A DNA stretch of 64,000 nt from Tetramitus jugosus (Eukaryota; Protista; Heterolobosea): positions 372,001 through 436,000 of the forward strand of contig OW569344.1 in assembly GCA_937625935.1 (NCBI GenBank), read 5' to 3'. Within the stretch, counting starts at the first letter, position 1; the number at the start of each line of letters is the position of its first letter. Below are positions 45,139 to 55,790 of the stretch, in pieces. The notes under the pieces are model-generated. The model searched no databases. It worked only from the letters and a program-made list of their open reading frames with translations, and was not told where the DNA came from. The translations under genes were made by a program, and so were the position numbers.

Positions 45139-47156
45139 ATGTCCTCTTCGTCCTCGAACAACACCAATGAAACAACCTATCGCAAAGGTTATGCACCAGT
45201 CAAACAAGAGTTTTTAGTGATTGAAACTACAACAACCGCTACTACCACCAACAATGTTGACGATACAACTACAGCAGCACTCACCGTTGATAAGAAGAGA
45301 CCACTGTCAGACAACACCGAAGTGATATCAACCAATGGTACCTTATCAACAGAAGTAGAAATACAAGAGCCACCTACAAAACTGTTGAAAACAAGTGAGA
45401 ATGAACCTGGAATTCCAACAACAACAACAACAACAACCACCACCACTAGTAATAATGAATCATCAGCCGATTCTACTCCTTCCTCATCAAAGAGCAACAA
45501 CAACAACAACAAGAGACAAAGAGGTCAACACAAGGGACGTACAAGAGCCAATCAAACCAGTCACTTGAAACAAGCATCAGATAGAGCATCATCAGATGAT
45601 CACAGTGCTTACAATCAGAGAGGAAACAACACTGAAGAAGGTGATTCAAGCAGTCATCATCATGAACAACAACAGTTGGGTGAGAAGAACAAGCTCGGAT
45701 TCGATGTTATGAAACAATTGAGAAGAAAGAATGGATATCCGTTCGAGAAGGCAATTGAAGTGGTGAAGCACGTGGAGGATTATGTGAAATGGGATGTCAA
45801 GAAACAAGAGAAACTCAACAATTCTCAATTCCAGATGCTAAAGATTAGAGCGAGACAAGTGGAACAGATGGCCAACGAGGCGACTCAACAAGGCAAAACA
45901 CCTGATTTGACATTGGATCAATTCTATGAATCAGTGAGTAACAAGGACGATGTCAAGTTGTTGAGATTGCAGTACGTGGAGACAAAGTACAAGCCCAATG
46001 AAATTAGAAAAGTTGATTTCAGAGGAAAGACAACATTGGCACCGTTGACTACAGTTGGTAATTTACCATTCAGAAGAATATGCAAGGGATTTGGTGTTGA
46101 TGTAACGATTGGAGAGATGTCTATGGCCACTAATATTCTCAAGGGACAATTAGGGGAGGTGTCTCTGTGGAGAAGACATGAGAGTGAAGATTGTTTCGGT
46201 GTTCAATTGGCTGGCAACAGCCCAGAGGTCATGTGCAAGATTGCACAATTGATTGAGGATCAATTCCCAGATATCGATTTTGTGGATATCAATTGTGGCT
46301 GTCCAATTGATTTGTTGTGCAATCAGGGCATGGGATCTGGTCTAATGGAGAAGAGGTCTCGTCTGCAGGGAGTTGTGAGAGGCATGAAGGAAATATTGTC
46401 TATTCCATTGAGTGTCAAGACACGAACAGGTATCAAGGACAACAAGTTGATTGCCCACAATCTGTATCCTCAGTTAAAGGAATGGGGTGTTGATGTGCTC
46501 ACTCTTCATGGAAGAACAAGACAGCAACGTTACACGAAGGAGGCCGACTGGAGTTATATCGCTAAATGCGCTGCACTCGTCCGAGATGAGAACTTACAAG
46601 TGATTGGCAATGGTGATATCATGAGCTATGAAGATTTTAATCGCCATACACAACATGTCGACTCAGTCATGATTGGCAGGTATGTCGTTAGTTTATTCTT
46701 TTTTTCACTTTGTTATTGAGACTTTGCTGACAATGGAGATCATTATTTTTGTCATTTAGAGGAGCATTGATCAAGCCATGGCTATTCACTGAAATTAAGG
46801 AGCAGAGACATTGGGATATTACTGCAAATGAGAGATTGGACATGCTGAAAGACTTTGTCAAGTTTGGTTATGATCATTATGGATCAGATGAGTATGGTAT
46901 TGCTACCACTCGTAGATATCTGCTCGAGTGGCTCTCTTTCCTTCATAGATATATTCCAATTGGATTGATGGAGAGATATCCTCAACAAATTAATGAAAGA
47001 CCTCCAAGATATTTTGGTCGTAATGATCTGGAAACACTGATGGCCTCTGGTAATGTGCAAGATTGGGTCAAGATATCAAATTTGATTATGCCACCACCTA
47101 CTGATGACTTTACATTTGTGCCAAAGCACAAGTCCAATTCTTATGAAGGAGGTTAA
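45139..47156 (+). CDS. DUS3L: tRNA-dihydrouridine(47) synthase
   Basis: [53 protein letters not shown] and [11 protein letters not shown]...[10 protein letters not shown]. Intron 46680-46759. Confidence 0.95.
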
Positions 47157-47177
47157 TCTAGAACGATAAAAATTATT

Positions 47178-48329
47178 TTATTCAAGGATTGTTTTGCAAA
47201 AGCAGATGTGTGCCAAGTATGTAAACACAGTATTAATATTTAAACCAGTCACGGAGCTGGTTTCCAAGTATGGTACACCCAAAGACTTGGCGATCATCCG
47301 GGCCATCAAATCAGAAACCTCTCTCTCATCGACCAAGTCAGCTTTCAATCCAACGAGGAGCAACTCACAGCCAGGTAATTGTGACCTTGCCAAAGATATC
47401 CAGTATGATATCCTGGAGAATGAGTTCATATCATTGAGGGCAAAGCATACAATAGCACAGTCAGTATTTACACAACAGCCACAGAATGAGAAGGCATCGT
47501 TTCCTTGAGAATCCAACAAATACAGTTCACAATATACTGAGTCACTAATATCGACTCTCTGTTTCACATAATGAACTGTTGAGCGATTACTATTTCGAAA
47601 GTAATAAACATAAGTCTGTAGGTAGTTCATCAAACTTGATATTCCAATCTTATTTTCACCCAGTATGATGACCTTCGCTGTGAACTTTCCTGAACACTTC
47701 TCGCTACCCAGCCCATTCCCAATATGATCGACTTCGGTTTCTGGATCATCCATTTCAAACGAAATGGTAAACCATGAATTCACCCAGTTACCTAATCGAT
47801 TCAGGAAATTTTCACTACCGAGTACATTGTCCTTCTTGAAATCCACCATGTTCTCGAATTGTCGATAGTAACCTTTTGAGCTGGTTAGTAGTGGAGGCTC
47901 TGACTTGAATACATGGTGGTTATCGCACAGAGATCCACCCTGGGCATTGTACGTTATTTTGATGGTGCTTGCATTGGACACGACTTGATTGAGATGCCGA
48001 ATGGACAGCTCGTTATCATAGCTGCCATTGTTCTGTAAAAAGTTCAGACACTCCTCTCGAATATAGGACAAATGAGGTGGAGATTTCATTGAATGGTTCG
48101 CGAATTGATCGATCCATAGAACATGGCCCACACAATGTTTCTCCATTCTCTCCTTCATCGACAACAGGTTCTCATAGATGTGTTTCTTATCGGACCAGAA
48201 TATGTCATTGAACAGTGTACACACTTTGGGAATAATCAACAAGTGTTCTACACAGTCCAGAAAGCTAATAATGATGGCTAACAGTTCTGGAGGCACATCA
48301 TCTACTAATTTCCTCTTGTTTGAGTCCAT
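47178..48329 (-). CDS. F-box protein fused to a degenerate Rab/Ras-like GTPase domain
   Basis: F-box DVPPELLAIIISFLD..LLIIPKVCTLF; G-box-like GENKIGISS, LLDSQG, LLVGLKADL and YLETSS. Start 48329 (upstream ATG at 48485). Confidence 0.78.
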   Translation of the reverse strand: MDSNKRKLVDDVPPELLAIIISFLDCVEHLLIIPKVCTLFNDIFWSDKKHIYENLLSMKERMEKHCVGHVLWIDQFANHSMKSPPHLSYIREECLNFLQNNGSYDNELSIRHLNQVVSNASTIKITYNAQGGSLCDNHHVFKSEPPLLTSSKGYYRQFENMVDFKKDNVLGSENFLNRLGNWVNSWFTISFEMDDPETEVDHIGNGLGSEKCSGKFTAKVIILGENKIGISSLMNYLQTYVYYFRNSNRSTVHYVKQRVDISDSVYCELYLLDSQGNDAFSFCGCCVNTDCAIVCFALNDMNSFSRISYWISLARSQLPGCELLLVGLKADLVDEREVSDLMARMIAKSLGVPYLETSSVTGLNINTVFTYLAHICFCKTILE

Positions 48330-48605
48330 CCTCTCTGAACTCGGATGTCTCAGATAATTGATCTGATTGGTGGTTTCTGGATTGAAGCGTGTGTCCTGTG
48401 TATAAATTGACAATGTAGCTATGCTCACTTGTTCTTTGGTAGAGTTGATAGAGTGAGAAAAGTTGTTTGGATGTTGAACAAGCATCGTCAGATGAGTACG
48501 ACCTGGCCGCTTCCATTTCTGCGCCTTTGAAAGATTTCTCCGTGGATGTCAGATAAAAACTAAATCGGTTGACTTCCGATAAATGGTTGAATTTTATCGT
48601 TGTTC

Positions 48606-49673
48606 TCAATTTTTCCGTTTTTTGGTCACGCTCTTGATGTCCTTCTTTGTGAGCAAGAGTTGACCCTTTTGCCATTGACCTACAGTTCCTACACCTACCT
48701 GACCTCGCAATCTCTTATCAGCCTTTCCGATATCAGATGGCGCACCATGTCTAGCAAGGAATCTGTATTTTTGAGCTTCTTTAACCTTCTTGTCTCGTAT
48801 CAACTCCTTTGCAAACTTCTTCTTATCAAATGTACCATTCTCCTTTGCTTCCTTAATATCTCTCTTGTGATTGATTTTATCTTGTTGAATCTTGTCCTTG
48901 AGTTGCTTGTAGTTCATGGCCTTGCTCTTCACCTTTTGGAACGCCTTTCCCTGCAGTCTCATTTCCTCCTGATGTTGCTTATTGAAATCATCACCCTTCA
49001 ATGTTGAATAGTTGACAAAGCTCTTGATGTCGTATGTGAGCTTATCTAGTTCACGCTGTCTCTCATTCTTTCTCGATATGTTTCTATTGTTTTCAATGTC
49101 GAACGCTGGGCCCTTCTTCAATTTTCGATAGTCCTTTGATTTCTCCTGTCGTTCGCTCTCTTCCATCTCGTGCCTCTTTCGCTTCAATCGTTTCAAATCA
49201 GTCACTGTCAATGCAGCTTCCTCTTCGGTGCGATCCAGAGATCGATGACCAATGGATTGATGAGTCTCCTCCTGATCTTGTATCGCGAAATGATCGCCAT
49301 TGAATATGGTGACCTTGCCCTTTTTTTCCACGAGTACAGCAGATGGTTTTTTGGTGGGACCAATGCTGCTACTACTGCTATTATTACTACTATTACTATC
49401 ACTGCTGCTCGTGTGATTGGATTTTGTTGTTGTTTTTGATTGTTTGGTGGCCCATGATGATTGTTCGTCTTGTTGGTTCACTTGTTCTTCTTCTTCTTGT
49501 TGTTGCTGTTGTTGTGATTGCAACTCATCACTGGACGAATAATCATCAATCAAAAATTGTTTTCCGTATTGTTCGAGTCTGGAGAGAATATCACTCTGGT
49601 TATCATCTTCCTCCTCCTCACTCGATGAGATATCATTCGCTCTGTCCTCTTCTTCTTTCATTTGCTTTGACAT
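48606..49673 (-). CDS. 40S/SSU processome assembly factor, C1orf131/Faf1-like (DUF4602)
   Basis: AMNYKQLK and C-terminal VGQWQKGQLLLTKKDIKSV; Lys-rich. Confidence 0.72.
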   Translation of the reverse strand: MSKQMKEEEDRANDISSSEEEEDDNQSDILSRLEQYGKQFLIDDYSSSDELQSQQQQQQEEEEQVNQQDEQSSWATKQSKTTTKSNHTSSSDSNSSNNSSSSSIGPTKKPSAVLVEKKGKVTIFNGDHFAIQDQEETHQSIGHRSLDRTEEEAALTVTDLKRLKRKRHEMEESERQEKSKDYRKLKKGPAFDIENNRNISRKNERQRELDKLTYDIKSFVNYSTLKGDDFNKQHQEEMRLQGKAFQKVKSKAMNYKQLKDKIQQDKINHKRDIKEAKENGTFDKKKFAKELIRDKKVKEAQKYRFLARHGAPSDIGKADKRLRGQVGVGTVGQWQKGQLLLTKKDIKSVTKKRKN

Positions 49674-49847
49674 TTTGTGTTGTGTGCTTGCTTTTTCTCC
49701 TTCTTCAATTTCACACAAAAAATGCATCGTTCAACAAGTTGGTTGAGGTCTCAATTCTGATCAGACGAATACAACTGACATTGAAATGGTCTATAAATCA
49801 AGGTTTTTTACACATCTACTCATGTGAGAGATCGTTGTTGTTTGGCT

Positions 49848-50837
49848 TTACATCCAGCCATACTTGCGCCAAGCAGCTTGTTTGTTGGCTCTTCCAGTGG
49901 CGGCTCTCTCAGCATTCTCCAACTCATTTACCTGTGCATTATGGGCAAGGTACGAGAGTTGATTACGTGATCTCTGCGTGTTCGAAATGGCTTTCTGTGG
50001 AATTTGGCCAGTTGATTGTCCAGCTGTCAGATTCTTATGCTTTTCAGCTGCTAACTGGCGTTTCATCACTTCATCCAAGTATGAACTTCCTCTATTCACT
50101 GAATTGACTTCGATGATGCTGGCTGATGATCTTTGTAAGTCTCTTAAAACTTCTGCAGGCAAGTGCTCTTGACTGATGGACGACGATGATGTGGATCCAA
50201 AAGCAGTGGCACCAACATCTTCACTTGCACCACTACCACTACTACCACCACCAGGGTACAAATAGGTTGAGGCATCCATAGATGCTTCATATTGAGAGGG
50301 AACATCAGGAACTTGATACTCATGCAAATGATCAAAGAAATCATCGGATAATAATGGTGCTTGTTGTTGTCGATTATTCATATCATAATCATCATTGTCT
50401 ATATCACGGTCAGCAGTCGATTGATAAGCACTCACTACTTCATTCTCTTCATTCAATTGATTTGTTATTGCTGCTGCTGTTGTTGTTGTTGTTATTTTCT
50501 TTTGTCTCTTTGTGCTTCTTGTTGTTGTTCGCACCTCCTCAAAATGATCATTAATCGCATCTTCCTTCTTTTCATCATTCAAAATTTCTTCTAGTTCCTT
50601 GTCTAATCCGAGTGCACTGACAATATCCCGTGTCGAACGCTTTCTCTTTTGCTTTGCTTGGCTCTTTTTTATTCTTTGACTGACGACTTGACTCGTTTTG
50701 TTGGTGAGATCGGCATCAGCAGATGAGCTTTTCAATGTAGTAGCTTCAACGCCATCCGTTGAGGCAATAGTTTGACTCTTGATTTGGGTTGCTGGGACTG
50801 ATTCTTCGTCCGACGAGTAATCAACAAGACCAAGCAT
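49848..50837 (-). CDS. PRCC: PRCC-like splicing/checkpoint factor
   Basis: N-terminal LVDYSSDEE; C-terminal RSRNQLSYLAHNA...ELE...GRANKQAAWRKYGW. Confidence 0.82.
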   Translation of the reverse strand: MLGLVDYSSDEESVPATQIKSQTIASTDGVEATTLKSSSADADLTNKTSQVVSQRIKKSQAKQKRKRSTRDIVSALGLDKELEEILNDEKKEDAINDHFEEVRTTTRSTKRQKKITTTTTAAAITNQLNEENEVVSAYQSTADRDIDNDDYDMNNRQQQAPLLSDDFFDHLHEYQVPDVPSQYEASMDASTYLYPGGGSSGSGASEDVGATAFGSTSSSSISQEHLPAEVLRDLQRSSASIIEVNSVNRGSSYLDEVMKRQLAAEKHKNLTAGQSTGQIPQKAISNTQRSRNQLSYLAHNAQVNELENAERAATGRANKQAAWRKYGWM

Positions 50838-51160
50838 TTGTTTTCGTTTTGTCTGGTTTTTTCAAACAACGAATGACGAAATTCGAACTTATGGTGATTC
50901 TTCCGATGAAGGAGACCTAAAATTTTAGGAGTTTCTAGTTCCTTTGTTCAACTCATCCAGAACAAGTGGACTATGCCAACCAAACTTTTCTTGTCCACAA
51001 ATCATTGTACTTACTTGAATTAAGAACCCTAGTAACGGAGAAATGTCTCTAAAATGAAGGTGCAATTTGGACTGCATTTTCCGTCATAACCAATTGTGAA
51101 AACCATCATATTTTCTGTTGAACAAGAGACGACGAGCAACAACAAACACACAACAACACA

Positions 51161-53833
51161 ATGGTGAAAATATATTGTCAAGTCCTTGGAACAAAAACCT
51201 TGGACTCCGATCCTAGCGTACTCCTCTTCTTTGACAACAAACGTTACTTGTTCAATGTGGGTGAAGGCACCATGCGCTTCTGTACGGAACACAAGATTCG
51301 CTTGGCCAAGATTTCTCACTTATTTTTGACTGATCTGTGTCCTGAGACTCTTGGTGGACTTCCTGGTTTGTTGTTGACTCTGGCTGATTCACGCTCTGCA
51401 AGCAATACCAACAGTAGCAACAGCAGCACCAATGCAGTGAATCAATCGGTTGTAGCGGCAACGACAGCGTCGACAACATTGATTAACTTGTTTGGACCGA
51501 CGAATACATTGTTCTATTTGGCTACATTGCGCTGGTTTGTCAAGAGACGAGACTTGCTTGTGGCGTTGACTGAGGCAATCAATGAGGATGATGGTAGCAG
51601 TAGTAAGAGCGCACAACAACAACGACCCGAATTTATCTTTGCAGATGAGAATGTGAGTGTTGAGGCTGTTTCTGTGTGTGTGCCACCTGCTGCATGCAGT
51701 GCAAACAATGATCAAACAACAACGACAATGATTCAAAGATACTTGAATGAGTCATCTGCACACTCGCCACTGCTACAAGATTTTATTATCAAGAAGTCTT
51801 CAAATCATCAAGTGAGCCAGACAAAGGCTAATGACACAGATCACGAGCCTGAATGCAAGAGAAGGCGATTGGATGATGAAAACGAGAATCAAACTTCAAC
51901 TTCTTGCTCTCCATCAACTGTTTTTGCCTATAGAGATCGATTAAATCTGCTGTTGAATGAGAAGCGAGTGGAGTGCACCTATGGAGCTCCATTGACCAGC
52001 AAGAGTGCTCTTCTTCCAAAGTCAATTGATAGCTCTGTCAGCTACATTTGTCACACACCGTTACTGCCTGGAAAATTTGATGCTAAAAAAGCCAAGGAAC
52101 TTGGTATCAAACCAGGGCCTCTCTATGGTCAACTGAGTCGAGGTGAATCTGTAATCATGGATGATGGTAGAGTAGTCACACCGGATCAAGTGGTTGGACA
52201 AGCAAGACCAGGACCAATTGTGGCTGTAGTGTCATGTCCATCTGTGTCCTTCTTGAATGGATTGGTAAATCACAAGAAATGGAGCCCATATCTACAAGGA
52301 AAACAGAGAATATCAGTAATGATTCACATGGCAAAGAGCGAGCTGATCAATGACCCGATATATGTGTCCTTTATGAAGAAATTTGGAAAAGATTGTCAAC
52401 ATTTGCTGATTAACCAAACACACTCTGTTGATAAGTGTGTGTTTGAAAGCTCTGCGAACATTCAATGCAAACTAAATCTCATTGACAATGAAATATTTGG
52501 AGTACCGCACGTGATGAAATCCACAATTAACTCGAATGAACAAGAAAAAACAAATGGAGCAGACAAAATTTATGCACCACAACCAGTGAAAGAATTTGAG
52601 ACAAAGTTAGGGAAGGGATTCAAAGTATGGAGAACAGATAATTTGATGAAGTTTACTCTCGAACCGCAAGCACAGTTTGGAATTGACGTGAACTCAGCTA
52701 TTGTTCCTGATATTTGCTGCTCTACTGTCCAAAATAATTTTTCAAAGGAAACACATAGCATTTTACACGAACTGTTCGATCAATACAAGCTGACAAAATC
52801 GAACATTATGAATCGATTTAGGACACAACCAGAGAGTAATCACGAGAAAATGATTGCCTCAATCAGTAATAGTCATGAAACAGAGATTGTTTTCCTCGGA
52901 ACTGGATCTGCTCTCCCCTCAAAATATCGAAACGTTTCCTCTATCTTATTTAAATCACCTGATCATACAATATTAATGGATTGTGGAGAGGGTACACTGG
53001 GTCAAATGTATCGAGTGTACGGGAGGGAAGAGACTGATGACATCTTGATGAACCAAATGAAGTGTGTGTGGTTGTCTCATATGCATGCCGATCACCATCT
53101 TGGTCTCGCTAAAATATTGAATCGTAGATGTCAGTTGTATCTCGAGTCCGAACAAAAGGAACCATTACGCAAAGTACTCGTCATAGGACCCTACATCCTA
53201 CAACAATATCTTATCGAGTTTGAAATTGCTTGTCACCAAATTCATCAACCAAACACTCCACAATTGAGCGATACCTACGAATTTGTGTTGATTGATAAGC
53301 TGATTAACCCCGATCACACTGAAACCTCGATCGTAAATAACTTGTACTCTGCAAACAGTGACAATGGATTACAAATGGTACGATTCTACAATATCGCAGT
53401 GGATCATAGCTGTAAGAACTCATATGGACTTATCCTACAGTTCAGCAATGGGCTTAAGATTGTGTACAGTGGTGACACCAGACCATGTCAACAGCTCATA
53501 AATGCAGGCCAAGATGCCACAGTACTAATTCATGAAGCAACATTCGAGGACACCCTGCAGGATGAAGCCATCAAAAAGAAACACAGTACAACAAAAGAGG
53601 CAGTCACGAGCGGTATGCAAATGAATGCCTTCCGCATTATGCTTACTCATTTTTCTCAACGCTACCCAAAGGTTCCAGTATTTGATGACGATGACATGAA
53701 GGGAAGTGCTACGAATAGAACAAGTATCGCCTTCGATATGATGAGAGTTTCCCTCAAGTCGTTACTGTATGCGCCGGCAGTCATTCCAGCAGTCCAAGAA
53801 CTTTTCGCAGAAGAAATTGCAGAGCAATCATAA
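51161..53833 (+). CDS. ELAC2: tRNase Z long form
   Basis: YLFNVGEGTMR, exosite GKFDAKKAKELGIKPGP, FLGTGSALPSKYRNVS, DCGEGT, SHMHADHHLG, YSGDTRPC, HEATF and THFSQRYPK. Confidence 0.96.
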   Translation: MVKIYCQVLGTKTLDSDPSVLLFFDNKRYLFNVGEGTMRFCTEHKIRLAKISHLFLTDLCPETLGGLPGLLLTLADSRSASNTNSSNSSTNAVNQSVVAATTASTTLINLFGPTNTLFYLATLRWFVKRRDLLVALTEAINEDDGSSSKSAQQQRPEFIFADENVSVEAVSVCVPPAACSANNDQTTTTMIQRYLNESSAHSPLLQDFIIKKSSNHQVSQTKANDTDHEPECKRRRLDDENENQTSTSCSPSTVFAYRDRLNLLLNEKRVECTYGAPLTSKSALLPKSIDSSVSYICHTPLLPGKFDAKKAKELGIKPGPLYGQLSRGESVIMDDGRVVTPDQVVGQARPGPIVAVVSCPSVSFLNGLVNHKKWSPYLQGKQRISVMIHMAKSELINDPIYVSFMKKFGKDCQHLLINQTHSVDKCVFESSANIQCKLNLIDNEIFGVPHVMKSTINSNEQEKTNGADKIYAPQPVKEFETKLGKGFKVWRTDNLMKFTLEPQAQFGIDVNSAIVPDICCSTVQNNFSKETHSILHELFDQYKLTKSNIMNRFRTQPESNHEKMIASISNSHETEIVFLGTGSALPSKYRNVSSILFKSPDHTILMDCGEGTLGQMYRVYGREETDDILMNQMKCVWLSHMHADHHLGLAKILNRRCQLYLESEQKEPLRKVLVIGPYILQQYLIEFEIACHQIHQPNTPQLSDTYEFVLIDKLINPDHTETSIVNNLYSANSDNGLQMVRFYNIAVDHSCKNSYGLILQFSNGLKIVYSGDTRPCQQLINAGQDATVLIHEATFEDTLQDEAIKKKHSTTKEAVTSGMQMNAFRIMLTHFSQRYPKVPVFDDDDMKGSATNRTSIAFDMMRVSLKSLLYAPAVIPAVQELFAEEIAEQS

Positions 53834-53875
53834 ACATAAATTGTTATGACATTGTACAACACCTCACTACAAACT

Positions 53876-55560
53876 TTAATCACATTTGTGTTTCTGTTGG
53901 ACTTTTGAGCGCCCACAGCAAGTTACGGCCTTCATAATTCTAAAGATTGCATAAAATATCAGGAGATAGAATGCAATGAGATCCAATTTGGTTGATTGAA
54001 TGAAGTTATAGTGAGGATCGACTTGCAAATGATCAATATCACCAATATCACCCATCATCTCAACCAAACTAACATAACGTTCCAAACCACCAGAGTGCTT
54101 GATGATCTTTTGCTGTTTCTGCACTGCACTTCTAAAGATGTCAGTTGATGTAATATCAAAAGAAGAGAGCAACTTTGCCACTGTAATATCTGTCTTCTCT
54201 TCTCGTGACTTGTACAATCCAACACCGAGGTGATTATCTTCCAATAATTGGGCAACCTTGTATTGATCGAACGAGAAAGGCATTCCTATAAGTCGCTTTC
54301 CGAAATATAAGCCCTCTTGAGCACTGTTCAACCCGCAATGAGTAATGAAATACTTGACAGATGGGAGTGCTAAAATATTGACCTGAGGAACAAACTTCGT
54401 TGTCACAAAGATGGAATCTGGCAATTGTAGTTGCAGAGAGGTGAAAGTCAGGTAGTTTTTATCTCTGAGAACAACCAGGGACGATATATTTCGTGTTTCG
54501 TATGCTGTTACAAGACCCTTGAACAAGATGGACATGGTTTCGTTTGATAATGTTCCAGTCGTGCCAAAAGCAACATATGCAATATCTGAACTACCATATC
54601 GCTCTAACCAAGGAGACAACTCTGGGAACGAGTCTAATAAATATGTTTCATTATTGGCCTGTTTGAGATCAATAACAGGTCCAACAAAATGAATATTAGG
54701 CGCTGATGCTACAGCAGACTGATAGTCAAAACCACGCGTATTCGTAACTACATGAAGAGACTTGTACTGCGATTCAGCCAACACATTCAAGTTAACAACA
54801 TCTCTCGTATATTCGTTCGTTACTAAAGTAAAAACTGGATAAAGTGTTTCATACACAGCTCTAAAATGTGCAATGATCCTTTGAGGATATTTGACAAAGT
54901 CATGAATGGAAATGGGGTTCTTCGTGAAAGATGGAGGATAATTCACTCCATGAGTGTAGAGACTGGGGAAATTGACAACCGTGGGTACACCCTCATTCAT
55001 TAGATAACTCCTACTCGCAACCATACTCATATCCAGAACGGCAACATGAAACTCCTTCACATTCATTCCCCTCAAGAACTGAACGATGCCTGCATCAACA
55101 GGGAACAAGTAATGACGAAAGATTTCCATAATTGCCTCCAATAGATCCATTGTCTCAATTTCCATGGAAACATCGTCCCACTTATCGAGCTTCAGTGGAA
55201 TTTGATCCAATGGCACCAGGGTTGACTGAATGTTGGAACAGTCCGAGTATTGGTTGACAAAAATATCAGACAACAGAGTCACATTGTGACCTCTGCTGTG
55301 CAGTTGGCGAATGAGTCGAACTAGCAATCGAGAGTGACCGGCAGCTCCAGGCGTAACCTATATTGACACACAACACAAAATGCACATATTGAGCATGTAC
55401 CGTGTTTCAAGATTCATTTGAATAAGGAGAAACTTACCACTAGTATGTTGAGTGGAGAAGAGCCAGTATAGGACTCTTGCCCACCAGATGCAGTAGTGAG
55501 AGAATAGACATGACACAAAAGGACAGCAATAACGAATAAAATGAATACCAACAAGCGCAT
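53876..55560 (-). CDS. Membrane-bound UDP-glycosyltransferase (GT1/UGT)
   Basis: Signal peptide, GH and RGHNVT, signature FVPQVNILA..FITHCGLNSAQEGLYFG..PFSFDQ, C-terminal TM and KHKCD. Intron 55437-55358. Confidence 0.9.
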
Positions 55561-55790
55561 TTTGTAGAATTTTGTTTTGTTATGTTGTGAGAAAAGCAAA
55601 GTGACCCAAAAGTTCTTCCTGAATTTTCGCGAATCATATCCTTCACCTGTCTTCTTGGTATGGCTCTTTAGCCACCACCGTAATGCATCAACAGTGCATC
55701 TCCAACAACAATTGAGCATACACAAAAAAAAACGCGGGATCGGAGCAAAAAAACAGCAACAAACAATCCATCATAGCACATACAACAACA

